A stretch of 64,000 nucleotides of DNA from an uncultured Gemmatimonadales bacterium (GCA_963728915.1 CAVSLV010000001.1:1280001-1344000); one strand, 5' to 3'; shown: positions 11,555 to 22,718, numbered from the stretch's first letter. Numbers and translations are program-made. Notes: a model not told the origin generated them from the sequence alone.

Positions 11555-12447
11555 TTTTCCAGCACCAGCCGGAAGTGGTCCATGAGATCGCGCTTGAAAC
11601 ACTCGCTGTTCGCGTTGCCGCTGTGCCCCACCGCGTGGCGGAAGTTCCGGTCCAGCAGGTATTTCGGCGCGAGGCTGAGCCGGAGCAGCGTCTTGGTGGG
11701 AGTCCGTTCGCGGATTCGCGCGGTCCACTGCCTGATGGTTTCGATGTAATCCCGCTTGCCACTCGACTGCGAGATCACCCGGAAATGGGGAGCCGACGTT
11801 GCCAGCAGCTGCTCGATGCCATAGGGCAGCCAGGAGCCGGGAAACTGCTTCTGCATCCGCGCCAGCATGAACGCATCGGAGTCGCGCGGGGCGTTGATGT
11901 CCAGCTGCTCGTACGGCAGCATCCGGGGCCCGAACACCATGGTCTGGAGGTAGAACCGCCGGCCGGCCGGGAGAAGGTCGGCGACGGTCCGGAAGAACTC
12001 GCGATAGATCCCCTCCTGGCGGCCCGCGAGATAGTCTTCCGGGGTGCAGAAATGCTCGAACGCGCCGAGACTCACCACCCCATTGAACGAGCCGAACGTG
12101 TCGGGCCGGACGGTACGACAGTCCATCAGATGGACATCGAGTCCGTTCTTCCGCCCGGCCTTCATCTGGCCCTCGGAGAGAGTCACGCCGAGACCGGTGA
12201 CATTCCGGCTCCGGAAATAGTTGAGCATCGGGCCCCAGCCGCATCCCATGTCGAGGACCCGCTGGCCGGGCCGGAGCTGCAGGCTTTCGAAGATGAAATC
12301 GTGCTTGCGGCGCTGGGCCTGTTCGAGCGTGAGAGAGAAGTCGCCGTCATACTTCGCCCCGGAGAAATCGGCCATCTCCCCCAGGCTGGCCCGGAAGAGA
12401 CGATCGATGGTGCTGTAGACGAAATCCATGTCTGCGCGAGTGGCCAT
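11530..12447 (-). CDS. SAM-dependent methyltransferase, cyclopropane-fatty-acid/mycolic acid synthase (CMAS) family
   Basis: TLEQAQRRKH, VLDMGCGWG, GVTLSEGQ, VVSLGAFEHF, FPGSWLP. Confidence 0.85.
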   Translation of the reverse strand: MATRADMDFVYSTIDRLFRASLGEMADFSGAKYDGDFSLTLEQAQRRKHDFIFESLQLRPGQRVLDMGCGWGPMLNYFRSRNVTGLGVTLSEGQMKAGRKNGLDVHLMDCRTVRPDTFGSFNGVVSLGAFEHFCTPEDYLAGRQEGIYREFFRTVADLLPAGRRFYLQTMVFGPRMLPYEQLDINAPRDSDAFMLARMQKQFPGSWLPYGIEQLLATSAPHFRVISQSSGKRDYIETIRQWTARIRERTPTKTLLRLSLAPKYLLDRNFRHAVGHSGNANSECFKRDLMDHFRLVLEKTDGRTGS

Positions 12448-12493
12448 AGTACCTGTCGTTGGTCTGCTGGTCGATTCGGATATCCCGGTGCGG

Positions 12494-13210
12494 CTACATC
12501 GACTGAACGCCCAGCTTCACCACGTCTTCCACCAGCACCGTTTCATGGGTGAAGTAGGGCTCCGCGTACCGGGTCCGGATCAGCGACCCATAGTATGCAT
12601 TCTGGGTTTCGATCCGGCTATAGAGGTCCTGCCCGGTGGGAAAGATTTCTCCCGCGCTTTGCGCCCCGTCGAACTGGCTCGCGTAGCACCTGATCGCCGC
12701 GAGCTTGCGGTCGAATTGCGCGCTGATATCCACGAGGAAGCTCGGCTTGATGGGATCCTCTCGATAGGACAACGCGTAGAGGATCTTGAAGGGCCGGTGG
12801 GGAGTTCCGCCAGCGTCGTATTTGGTGAGGCCGGCCAGGTAACACGCATCCCGGCCCAGCTCGGACGCGATGCGGTGGTCGGGATGCCGGCCGACCGGAA
12901 ACGGGAGGACGACGACGCGGGGCGCGAAGTGGCGGATGGCCTCGACCACCACCCGGCGGCTCCGGTCGTCGTTGACCACGTGCGCGTCTGGTAACCCGGC
13001 GTTCCGTCGTTCGGTCAGGCCCAGGATCTTGACCGCCGCCTCAGCCTCCCGGGCCCGCAGATCGGCATCCCCCAGGGTTCCGGTCTCCCCAGCGGTCAGG
13101 TCGAGTATGCCGGTCCGATAGCCCTGGTCCACCGCCTTGAGGAGCAGGCCGGCGCAGGTGAGCTCGACGTCATCCCGGTGAGCGGCGAGGGCGAGGAGGT
13201 CGACGGGCAT
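12494..13210 (-). CDS. bshB1: Bacillithiol biosynthesis deacetylase BshB1 (PIG-L family)
   Basis: DLLALAAHRDDVEL, DLTAGETGT, RHPDH, YASQF, YAEPY. Confidence 0.85.
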   Translation of the reverse strand: MPVDLLALAAHRDDVELTCAGLLLKAVDQGYRTGILDLTAGETGTLGDADLRAREAEAAVKILGLTERRNAGLPDAHVVNDDRSRRVVVEAIRHFAPRVVVLPFPVGRHPDHRIASELGRDACYLAGLTKYDAGGTPHRPFKILYALSYREDPIKPSFLVDISAQFDRKLAAIRCYASQFDGAQSAGEIFPTGQDLYSRIETQNAYYGSLIRTRYAEPYFTHETVLVEDVVKLGVQSM

Positions 13211-13261
13211 TGGTGAATGATAGCCCGTGCCCTTCGGGCCCACACCTCTCCCGAGCGTTTC

Positions 13262-15151
13262 TTATGGCGCCGTACAGGACCCGGCTGCCCCGGTCACCAC
13301 GACCGATCCCGTCGCCGTCTTCGTCACTCCACCAGCGGTAACCGAGGCGCTCACATTGTAAGTGCCAAACGCGTTGATTCCCTGACGGTCCAGGAAATTC
13401 CCCTGAGAATCCAGGTTTCCCGTCCGGGTCGTCGTCCCCGCGAATGCGCCCCCGGACGTGGTCCAGGTGATCGTGTACGGGGCGCCGGCAACCACGATTC
13501 CCTGCGAGGTGGCGTGTCCCGAGGTACAGACGAAGGAGAGCCCGCCACCGAAGGCGATGTGGGCCCATCCGGTGGAATTCAGGGCGAACGTGAAGTCTCC
13601 GGGTGAGGAAGGCTGCCAGTTGACGGTGCTGAGGAAAAGCTTGGAAGTGGAGTTGGGATTCGGGGCACCGGTAGCGTCGGTTGCATAGTCCGCCGCATAG
13701 ACAAAGAAGCAGTAGCGCTCTGTGACCGGGCTCCCTCCGGCCAGGGCGGGACTGTAGCCGGTGAAGCCGGTCGAGAACGACCCACCGGGTCCAAGCAAAT
13801 ACGAGCTCCAGGTGTCCTGGCTGACATTCCCAGGACCGGTGCCCACGGTGAACCGGTGGGCCTGATCGGCTACGCAGGTTCCGTCCGGATTCCCCCGGTA
13901 CAGGGCACCGTTGGCGGTGAGCGGGAATTCATCCGTTACGGTGCCGGAGTAGTTGAACGCTTCAGAAGGATTCGGCGAGCTCCAGTTCCCCGCAACACTC
14001 GATTGTAGCGTGATGTTCGGCGGGGTGCGAGCCAGATCGAATCCGAAGGTGCCGGACCCGGTGTTCCCGGCGAAGTCCTTCCCGCTGAGGTTCAGTACCA
14101 GCGGCCCATCCGCGATCCCGGTGAGACTCACGGTGTACCGGTTCCCGTTCCGGGTGAACGGAAGCGGATTCTGACCCAGGAGAACCTGGATCGAACTCGG
14201 GTCAACCCCGGTCGGCGTCGCAGCGTTGCTTCCCTGCGGGTCGTTTGCATCGAACGCCGCACTGGAAATATTGAAAGGTCCGGAGAGCGTGCTGAGAGGG
14301 GCGACATTGATGAATTCAACGGGCGTGTTGTCCACCGGAGCTGGCGGAATCCACATCAGCGTGGTGGACGATAGCAGGGTGGTCGTGTTGGGATTCGGCT
14401 GGAGGTTAGCGCCCTTGGCGGCATCAGAGGCCGTGATCACAAGGCAGTGCTTCTCCGTGACCGAGCTCGCCCCGGCGGGGGTGTTCTCCGAGTATTGAAT
14501 CTGGTAGCTGCCGTTCGAGGCGGACAGATTGGACCAGGAGCTCTGACTGACCTGCCCGGTGCTCGATCCGACTGAAAATGGGGTGGCTCCAACGCCCCCA
14601 CAGCTCCCATCGTTGCCGGGGTGTTGCAGTGCCGCATTGACGTTCAAGAGGTGGGCGTCGGCCACCGTCCACGAGTAGTTGAGAGTGGCGGAAAGACCGG
14701 TGAGCTGGGTGACGGTGGGACTGGAGGTAATGACGATATTCGGGCTGGTGCGGTCCAGGTCCATGCTGTTGATGTGCTGGGTCCCGAGATTCCCCTGGTG
14801 GTCTTTCACGCTGACATCGAGATTGAAACCGCCGTCGGCGCTGGTTCCGAAGTCGACGAGCGCCTGATCATTGGCGACGGTGTAGGTCAACGGCATGCCT
14901 CCCCGGAGCACCCGGAACGTGCTCCAGTCCACCTCGGTGGGTGGCGCACCGTTTTCTCCGATCAGGTCTCTCGCCTGAATGGTGACCCCCCCGAGGTTGA
15001 AGACTCCTCCCGGCGTGTTGACCGGCGAAAGCAGAAGAATCTCCGGCGCCGTCACGTCCAGCAATGCGTTCCCGGTCGAGAAGAAATCCGACTCCTTGAG
15101 CCAGCACCCCGCCAGGGGCAGGGCCAGGATCACCAGGATCTTGCGTGTCAT
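13262..15151 (-). CDS. Secreted lipoprotein with a tandem ~240-aa beta-rich (Ig-like) duplication
   Basis: Lipobox LAGC; AGGAG RBS; repeated D-x-T-x-P and KD-x-x-GN motifs; Ser/Thr/Gly-rich. Confidence 0.8.
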   Translation of the reverse strand: MTRKILVILALPLAGCWLKESDFFSTGNALLDVTAPEILLLSPVNTPGGVFNLGGVTIQARDLIGENGAPPTEVDWSTFRVLRGGMPLTYTVANDQALVDFGTSADGGFNLDVSVKDHQGNLGTQHINSMDLDRTSPNIVITSSPTVTQLTGLSATLNYSWTVADAHLLNVNAALQHPGNDGSCGGVGATPFSVGSSTGQVSQSSWSNLSASNGSYQIQYSENTPAGASSVTEKHCLVITASDAAKGANLQPNPNTTTLLSSTTLMWIPPAPVDNTPVEFINVAPLSTLSGPFNISSAAFDANDPQGSNAATPTGVDPSSIQVLLGQNPLPFTRNGNRYTVSLTGIADGPLVLNLSGKDFAGNTGSGTFGFDLARTPPNITLQSSVAGNWSSPNPSEAFNYSGTVTDEFPLTANGALYRGNPDGTCVADQAHRFTVGTGPGNVSQDTWSSYLLGPGGSFSTGFTGYSPALAGGSPVTERYCFFVYAADYATDATGAPNPNSTSKLFLSTVNWQPSSPGDFTFALNSTGWAHIAFGGGLSFVCTSGHATSQGIVVAGAPYTITWTTSGGAFAGTTTRTGNLDSQGNFLDRQGINAFGTYNVSASVTAGGVTKTATGSVVVTGAAGSCTAP

Positions 15152-15166
15152 GGTCGCTCTCCTCGG

Positions 15167-16976
15167 CTAGAAGCCCCAGCCTAAATGGGCCGAGAACCCC
15201 AGGTGCTTGTCCGCGTCGTTCTTGGCGAAACCAGTAACCAAATATGATCCGACCCCTCCCCGGACCCGACCTGCCAGAGGAAACTCCACGGCCGCTGCGA
15301 AATTGGTCTTGAAGCCGCTCTGGGACCGGTTAGGAAGGCCCTGTTCGAACCGGCCATCGTACCAGTCCGCAATCTCATCATGGGCCCAGGTGACGCCGGC
15401 CCCGGCGAGGAGGTCGATCTTTCCGACCGGTTGGCGATACAGGAGCGTCGCGTCCAGGAAGAGGGCTTTCACCGTACCGGTGACCTCACCGTTCTGATAC
15501 ACCTGGCGGAAGGATTGCCTGCCGTAGCGGCCCTGCAAACGTCCGCAAATGTGACGGAGGATGACACTCTGGATGAAGGCACCGAACTGCAAGGGAGAGC
15601 TGTCCGCCGAGTGGTCGGTCACGCCCGGCTGGTCGGCCTGGACCGGGTCGAAGCTCGGAAAGTGGTTCATCGCCACCAGCACGCCGATGCGAATCCCGAG
15701 TCCTTCCATGGCCGTCCCCGCCGAGGACCCGATGGATGACGGACCCGAGGAACGGGTCCGACTGGGAACAGTCGCTGACCTCCATCCTTTTCGCGCGCTC
15801 CATGGCGTCGTCGAGCTCCTGCGCCTGTTTCTGCCAGCCGGGTGCCGCATCGCTCGCCTCCCGGAACGCCGAGCTGGTGGCGGTGGAATGGTCGCCTTTG
15901 GCAATTCGATCGGCCAACTCGATAATTCTGGCGGCCGCCTTGTCGTAGTTCCGGCGCGCCGCATTGCGGGCCGCCTCGAGCTGCCGCACGGTCTCTTCTT
16001 TCGCTGCCTCGGTGCAGAACAGGTCCGGCACCGCCGGAAACACGAAGGGATCGAAGAGGAGCGGCGGAATCGGCTCCGGAGCCGTCTGCGGGTGCTCCCC
16101 GCATTCGGAGACCGCCATGGCTCTGACCCGGGTCAGCGCCTGGTGGAAATCATCGAGCCGCCTGGTTTGGAGGTCGAGATTCTGTCGGGCAGTCGGCAGC
16201 ATGGCCTGCAACACGCTCGCATTGCCAAGCCTCCTGGAAAGGGCGTCCCTGATGGCATCCAGATATTCACGAGCATCCTGGTAGTTGAGATAGAAATCGA
16301 ATTCGATCGAATAGAACCGGTTGAGCGCCGCCTGCTTCTCCGCCTCGCTGCAGAAGCGGTCCGGTACCGGCGGGATCTCGACCGGCCGAACTCTGACGGG
16401 TGGAAGCTCCACCCCCGGGCCGGTCGGCGGTGGGGGCGGCGGAGGCTGGGGCGGTTGTGGTTCCCGAGCAGAGCGACAGGGCACCTCGGGGATCCGCTTC
16501 AACTCGTTGCGTTTGGTCTGGAGTGCATCTTGCGCCCGCTTGAACGCAGTCACCCAGGGCTGCCAGAAGGCACCCTCCTCGGGATTGGCTCCCGGGAATT
16601 TCGCTTCGACTGCCCGGCGAGCGTTCCCATCATTGGTGATGGCTTGGAGGAGCTGGTTACGCAAGTCTCGGTAGCGGTCCTGGTACGTCCTCAACGAAGC
16701 CAACCGCGCCGCAAGGAACCGCTCCTCCTGGGCCTTGTTGGGGCTGTCGGGTGGAAGGCAATACTTCGCTTCGAACACCACCAGATCCATCGAAGCAGCA
16801 ATCTCGTCAGCGCCAGCCTTGGTGTATGCGAGCCGCTCCAGCAGGTCCAGCGCGAGACCGCTTCCGGTGAGCGGCTCCTGAGCGAGTGCCTGGGATGGAA
16901 TCCACGAACCCAGCAGGAGTCCCACACCATAAGCCAGCCAGCAGCGCGATCCGCTGGGGCGCACCGGTTTCGACAT
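15167..16976 (-). CDS. Secreted protein with three Cys-bracketed helical repeats and a C-terminal outer-membrane beta-barrel; frameshift near 15710-15770
   Basis: Signal peptide ending ALA-Q; GGAGAG RBS; ORF 15486..17039 holds the repeats; ORF 15167..15964 holds amphipathic strands ending LGWGF. Confidence 0.65.
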
Positions 16977-17009
16977 AGCGGCTCTCCGGATTAGTACCTC
17001 TCCTTCAGA

Positions 17010-17039
17010 AACGCGAGAAAGCCCGGGAGATCCGGCCAC
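17010..17039 (-). promoter_or_regulatory. Candidate ECF-dependent promoter for the divergent envelope genes
   Basis: GTGGCCGG-N16-CGCGTT on the minus strand, ~35 nt upstream of ATG 16976; spacing and CGT -10 core are ECF-like; inference only. Confidence 0.3.
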
Positions 17040-17094
17040 TGCGTTGCAGCCGGAAACGCTGAGGGGTATTCTATTGGCAGGCCACCTCCTCTAT

Positions 17095-17730
17095 ATGTCG
17101 GACAACCTTCCCCCCCCCGAAATCACCGGGCTGTTGCACCAGGCCGCCCAGGGCGATCCGAATGCGTTCGACCGGCTCCTCCCCCTGGTCTACGAGGAGC
17201 TGAGCCGGATCGCGAGCGCCAAGCTCCGCCTCGAGCGACCAGGCCATACCCTCAATACCACGGCGCTGGTCCACGAGGCGTATCTCAAGCTGGTGGACCA
17301 GACCCGGGCCCAGTGGAGGAATCGTCACCAGTTCTTCGCGGTGGCTTCCGAAGCAATGCGCCGGATCCTGATCGACTATGCCAAGCGCCGCAACGCCTCG
17401 AAGCGCGGCGGCGACGTTGCTCACGTGGCGTTGCATGAGGCCGAAGAAGTTGCCGCCGGCGAGGCCTTGCTGACCGAGGCCCAGGCAACCGAGCTGGTGG
17501 CACTCGATGAGGCGCTGATTCGTCTCGCCGTGTTCAACCCGCAAGGCGCACGGGTCGTCCAGTACCGCTTCTTCGGCGGACTTTCCAACGAAGAGGTCGC
17601 GGAAGTCCTGGGGACCTCGGACCGAACGGTGCGGCGCGCGTGGACCGTGGCAAAAGCATGGCTCCGCCGGGAGCTGACGCACGCGACGGGCGGGACCGGC
17701 ATGCTGCTGATCGACAGTCATGCAACCTGA
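17095..17730 (+). CDS. ECF sigma factor, kinase-associated (TIGR02999/ECF43-like)
   Basis: LLPLVYEELSRIA, HTLNTTALVHEAYLKL, FFAVASEAMRRILIDYAK, RFFGGLSNEEVAEVLG, WTVAKAWL. Confidence 0.92.
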   Translation: MSDNLPPPEITGLLHQAAQGDPNAFDRLLPLVYEELSRIASAKLRLERPGHTLNTTALVHEAYLKLVDQTRAQWRNRHQFFAVASEAMRRILIDYAKRRNASKRGGDVAHVALHEAEEVAAGEALLTEAQATELVALDEALIRLAVFNPQGARVVQYRFFGGLSNEEVAEVLGTSDRTVRRAWTVAKAWLRRELTHATGGTGMLLIDSHAT

Positions 17731-20441
17731 ACGCTGGGAGCGGATCGAGGCGATCTGCTTCGCCGCCATGGAACGGGAGCCGGCCCTTCGGGCGGCCTTC
17801 CTCCAACAGGCCTGCGGAGAAGACGGTGAGCTTCGACGGGAGGTGGATTCCCTCCTCCAACAGCACGAAGCGCATCCCGCCTATCTCGAACGTCCGATCC
17901 TCGAGTTTGCCAGGGAGGACGCCGGACATCGTACCAGCCCTCGCCCGTCTCGGTCCCTACCGCCTCATTCGACGCCTCGGCAAGGGTGGGATGGGTGAGG
18001 TCTACCTCGCCGTTCGAGAAGCCGAAGATGTCCGTCAGACCGTCGCGGTAAAGGTCATCCGCCGGGGGATGGACAGCGAAGAAGTGGTGCGGCGGTTCCG
18101 ACTGGAGCGCCGGATCCTTGCCTCGCTCCATCATCCCAACATCGCCGCCCTGCTGGACGCGGCGGTCTCCGGAGACGGCCGCCCCTACTTCGTGATGGAG
18201 TATGTCGACGGGTTCCCCCTCGACGAGTACTGCACCCGGCAGCGCCTTTCCATCACCAAACGGCTCGAGCTGTTTCAGGTCATCTGTCGGGCCGTCCAGC
18301 ATGCCCACCAGAACCTGATCGTCCACCGCGACCTCAAGCCCAGGAATATCCTGATCACCGAGGAGGGCATTCCCAAGCTCCTGGATTTCGGAATCGGCAA
18401 GGTGCTCGCCCGGACCGACGCGATCGGTGAGGCGATCGAGACCGGCACCGATCTCCGCTTCCTCACTCCGGACTACGCCGCCCCGGAACAGCTCACCGGG
18501 GCGCCGGTGACGACAGCGACCGACGGGTATGCCCTCGGGGTGATCCTGTACGAGCTGCTGACGGATCAGCACCCCTATCGATCCAGCACCGATCGCCGGG
18601 ATCTCGAGCATGCTGTTCTCGAATCCAGGCCCGCCCGGCCCAGTCTGGTGGTTGAGCGCCGGGATCTCCGCCGGCGACTCGCCGGGGACCTGGATACCAT
18701 CGTGCTGATGGCACTCCGCAAGGAGCCGGAGCGCCGCTATCCCTCCGTGTCCGCCCTCGCAGCGGATATCCAGCGCCACCTCGATGGACTCCCCGTCAGC
18801 GCGCGGCCGGACACCGTCGGATATCGCGCCGGTAAGTTCCTGCGCCGCCATACCGCCGCCGCCGCCGCCGCCCTGGTGGGAGGCCTCGGTCTCGCCGCGG
18901 TCACCGCGGTCACGCTGGTGCAGTCGGCGCGAATCCGGCAGGAGTCCGCCCGCGTGTTACGGGAGCGCGACAAGGCGCTCGAGGTCCGCGGCTTCCTGAT
19001 GGAGCTGTTCGGGGCAAGCGGGGCGGACCGGTCGGTCGGCGACACCGTCACGGTTCGCCGGCTCCTCGAGCTCCAGAGCACCCAGCTCTCGCGCGACTCG
19101 GTGATGGGCCCGGATCTTCGCGCCCAGATGCTGGAGGTGCTGGCCGACGGCTACGATCGCCTTGGTCTTTTCGCTCCGGCCGATTCCCTGGCTCGCCAGG
19201 CGCTCGCGCTGCGGCGAACCCGAGGAGCGGAAGCCCTTGACCTCGCCGGCTCACTCAACCTGAACGGGTGGATCCGCCACGAGCTGGGCCAGAGCCGCGA
19301 AGCCGAGCCGTTGCTTCTGGAAGCCGCCCGGCTTCGGCGAAACGCCGGCGTGAGCGGCCGATCCGAGCTCTCCCACTCGCTCAATGACCTGGGTGTGGTG
19401 TACAACGCCCTGAGCCGCTACCGGGAAGCCGATTCCGTCCTGACCGAAGCCCTCGCCATCCGGCGACTGGTATTCGGCGATGACCATCATGCGGTCGGCA
19501 CCACCGCCAACAATCTTGCTGCCGCCCTGTATTTCGAAGGAAGCCTGGATTCGGCGGTGGCGGTTCAGCGCCTCGCGGTCCAATCGCTCCAGGCTTCGGT
19601 TGGCGCCGATCATCAGCGCACCGTCGTGGCGCTCGGGAATCTCGCGGCATTCAAGCAGGCCCGCGGAGACTGGGCGGCGGCGGAGAAGGAGTATCGCGAG
19701 CTGCTGGACCGCCAGACCCGGCTTCAGGGCCCCGATCACCCGGTCACCGCCCGGGTTCGGAACTCGCTTGCCTCGGTGCTGTTCGAGCAGGCGCTTTCCA
19801 CCGGGTCCGATTCCGCATTATTGGAGTCGGAGCGTCTCTACCGGGCCGCATTGGAGACCTTCCGGACTCGCCTCGAGCCGACCCACCCCCAGATCGGAAT
19901 CACTCTCGATCGCCTCGATGCAGTCCTCCTGGAACGAGGGCTGATTGACGAGGCCCTCCCCGGTCAGGAACGGGCCCTGCGAATCCTCACCGCGGCGTAT
20001 GGGGAGTCGAATCCGGCGACTCTGAACGCCCTGGGAAGGCTCGGCCTGATCCGGAGCCGGCTGCATCAGCACGCCGAGGCGATCCGCATCGAGCGCAGAG
20101 TGCTGGAACGCCTGGAGGCGAAGCCAGGTCCCTCACAGGCCCAGATCGGCCGAGCCCATGCCATGCTCTGCGAGGTCCTCCTCGCCGCGAGCCAGGAGCC
20201 CTCCGAGACGCTCCGTCACTGCAGCCTGGCCGAACAGATCCTCGCGGTGGCTCCGGGTCCGGAGCACACCAGCCTCGCGATGGTGCGACTGAATCTGGCC
20301 CGCTCCGAAATCGCCCTGGGTCACAAGGAAGCCGCCGATTCCATGGTGCAGGCGGTGCAGGCCGCCCTGATGGGAAGCCCGCCCACCGGCCGGGTGCGCC
20401 GGCTGGCGGATTCCCTGACGGCAATTCTGGCATCACGCTGA
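17720..20441 (+). CDS. Membrane Ser/Thr protein kinase with extracytoplasmic TPR region; frameshift near 17925-17945
   Basis: Typical N-terminus MQPERWERIEAICFAAME...ACGEDGELRREVDSLL in ORF 17720..17998; GKGGMGEVY, VAVK, HRDLKPRN, DFG, APE, TM and TPR repeats in ORF 17640..20441. Confidence 0.9.
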
Positions 20442-20472
20442 GAAAGCCGAACGCACTGGATAGATTTCAGTG

Positions 20473-21651
20473 ATGCCACCCGATCCGGTCTATCTCGACC
20501 ACGCCGCCACGACCCCGGTCCGCCCCGAGGTGCTCGAGGCGATGCTCCCGTACCTCGATGAGCGCAGCTTCGGGAACCCGTCCAGTGCCCATCGGTTCGG
20601 TCGCGCCGCGCGCGCCGGTCTGGAACAGGCTCGCCGGGACGTCGCGACTGCCCTGGGGGCCGAACCCAGCCAGGTCGTGTTCACCTCCGGGGGCACCGAG
20701 GCGGACAACCTCGCCGTCATTGGAGCGGCGCTCGCCGCAAAGGATCGCGGCGACCTGATGCGGGCGGCGGTGTCTGCGGTCGAGCACAAGGCGGTCCTCG
20801 CTGCCGCGCATCAGGTCGCCCGGCTCGGAGGCGAGGAGGTCTGCCTGCCCGTTCTGCAATCCGGGCAGCTCGATCTCGCCGCCCTCGACGCCGAACTCGG
20901 CAGGCGCCCGGCAGTGCTCTCGGTCATGTGGGTGAACAATGAGATGGGCGCCTGCCAGCCGATCGAAGCCATCGCCGACCGTTGCCGCGCCGCGGGGGTC
21001 CTGCTCCACAGCGACGCGGTCCAGGCCTTCGGCAAGGTGCCGGTGGCGATCCGGGACCTTCCCTGCACGCTCCTCACGATTTCGGGCCACAAGCTCGGCG
21101 CCCCCAAGGGCATCGGCGCGCTGATCGTCCGGGAGCGTTCCGCGATCGATGCCATCATTCATGGCGGCGGTCAGCAGTTCGGACTTCGTCCCGGCACCGA
21201 GAATGTGGCTGGCGCGGTAGGACTGGGACGGGCCGCCCGGCTCGCTGCGGAAGAGCAACCCGCGGAGTCCGCACGACTCCGGGCCATCCAGACCCGGCTC
21301 ATCGCCCGGCTCCAGGAAGCGATCCCCGACATCGTGATTCATGGAGATTCCGGCTCCCGGGCGCCCCACATTCTCAATGTCGGAGTCCCCGGCGCCGACA
21401 ACGAGGCCCTGCTCATGCACCTCGACCTTGCCGGGGTCGCGGTCTCCACCGGATCGGCCTGCTCGACCGGATCGATGGAGGCCTCGCACGTGCTCACCGC
21501 CATGGGAATCCCCCGCACGCTTGCTCTCGGGTCGTTCCGGATCAGCCTGGGCCACACCACTTCAGAGAACGACATCGAGCGCCTGATCCAGGTCCTCCCC
21601 GGGGTAGTGGACAAGGTTCGCAAGCTCTCCGTGGTGCTGGGACGCGCGTGA
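20473..21651 (+). CDS. iscS: Cysteine desulfurase (IscS/NifS class)
   Basis: [35 protein letters not shown]. Confidence 0.93.
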   Translation: MPPDPVYLDHAATTPVRPEVLEAMLPYLDERSFGNPSSAHRFGRAARAGLEQARRDVATALGAEPSQVVFTSGGTEADNLAVIGAALAAKDRGDLMRAAVSAVEHKAVLAAAHQVARLGGEEVCLPVLQSGQLDLAALDAELGRRPAVLSVMWVNNEMGACQPIEAIADRCRAAGVLLHSDAVQAFGKVPVAIRDLPCTLLTISGHKLGAPKGIGALIVRERSAIDAIIHGGGQQFGLRPGTENVAGAVGLGRAARLAAEEQPAESARLRAIQTRLIARLQEAIPDIVIHGDSGSRAPHILNVGVPGADNEALLMHLDLAGVAVSTGSACSTGSMEASHVLTAMGIPRTLALGSFRISLGHTTSENDIERLIQVLPGVVDKVRKLSVVLGRA

Positions 21652-22718
21652 CCGGGCGCCGGAGTCGGGTGCTGGTCGCGATGTCCGGTGGAGTCGACAG
21701 CTCGGTCGCGGCGGCACGACTGGTGGACCAGGACTATGACGTCGTCGCCGCCACGATGAAGCTGTTCTGCTATGGTGACGCCGTCCCGGACCGTCCCTGT
21801 TGCTCCCTCGACTCCATCAACGATGCCAGGGAGGTGGCCGCCCGGCTCGGCATCCCCCATTACGTCCTCAATCTGGAAGACCGCTTTTCCAGGAACGTGA
21901 TCGCGAATTTCGTCGAGGAGTACAGCCGGGGCCGCACCCCGATCCCCTGCGTCCGGTGCAACTCGTTCACCAAGTTCCGCGATCTGATGGCCCACGCCGA
22001 GGCGCTCGGATGCGAGGCGATCGCCACAGGGCACTACGCCATCGCCCGGCACGGCGGCCTGTACCGCGGCCAGGACGCCGCCAAGGATCAGAGCTATTTC
22101 CTCTGGGGAATCGATCGCGCGGTCGTGTCCCGCATGCTGACGCCGGTCGGCGACCTCACCAAGGCCGAGACCAGGGCCATCGCCAGACGGCTCGACCTGG
22201 TGACCGCCGACAAGCCCGAGTCAGTGGAGATCTGCTTCGTGCCGGATGACAATTACGTCGGCGTCCTGGAGCGGCACCTCCCCGAAAACGCACCAGCACT
22301 CGTCCCCGGCCCGCTGGTGACCAGCGGGGGAGAGGTCATCGGCGAGCACGAGGGCTTCGCCCGCTATACCGTGGGCCAGCGCCGTGGGCTGCCGGGAGGA
22401 CGGTCCCGTCCCCTCTACGTCCTGGCGATCCGCCCGGAAGATCGCGCGGTGGTGGTCGGAGAAGCCGATGAGCTGAATCGCTGGAGCGTGGAGCTGGCCG
22501 AGCTCAACTGGCTGGTCGATCCCCTCGCCATCGGCTCGGAGTGTGAGGTGCAGGTGCGTTCCCGGGCCCGGCCGGTCGCCGCGGTCATCACCCGGCTCGG
22601 TGGCGACGGCTCTCTCGCGCTGACCACAACACAGCCGGTTCGCGCCGTCACGCCCGGTCAATCCGGCGTCCTGTATTCATCCGGGGGCCAGGTCCTCGGC
22701 GGAGGAGTCATCGTATGA
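21648..22718 (+). CDS. mnmA: tRNA 2-thiouridylase MnmA
   Basis: [47 protein letters not shown] overlap. Confidence 0.95.
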   Translation: MTGRRSRVLVAMSGGVDSSVAAARLVDQDYDVVAATMKLFCYGDAVPDRPCCSLDSINDAREVAARLGIPHYVLNLEDRFSRNVIANFVEEYSRGRTPIPCVRCNSFTKFRDLMAHAEALGCEAIATGHYAIARHGGLYRGQDAAKDQSYFLWGIDRAVVSRMLTPVGDLTKAETRAIARRLDLVTADKPESVEICFVPDDNYVGVLERHLPENAPALVPGPLVTSGGEVIGEHEGFARYTVGQRRGLPGGRSRPLYVLAIRPEDRAVVVGEADELNRWSVELAELNWLVDPLAIGSECEVQVRSRARPVAAVITRLGGDGSLALTTTQPVRAVTPGQSGVLYSSGGQVLGGGVIV

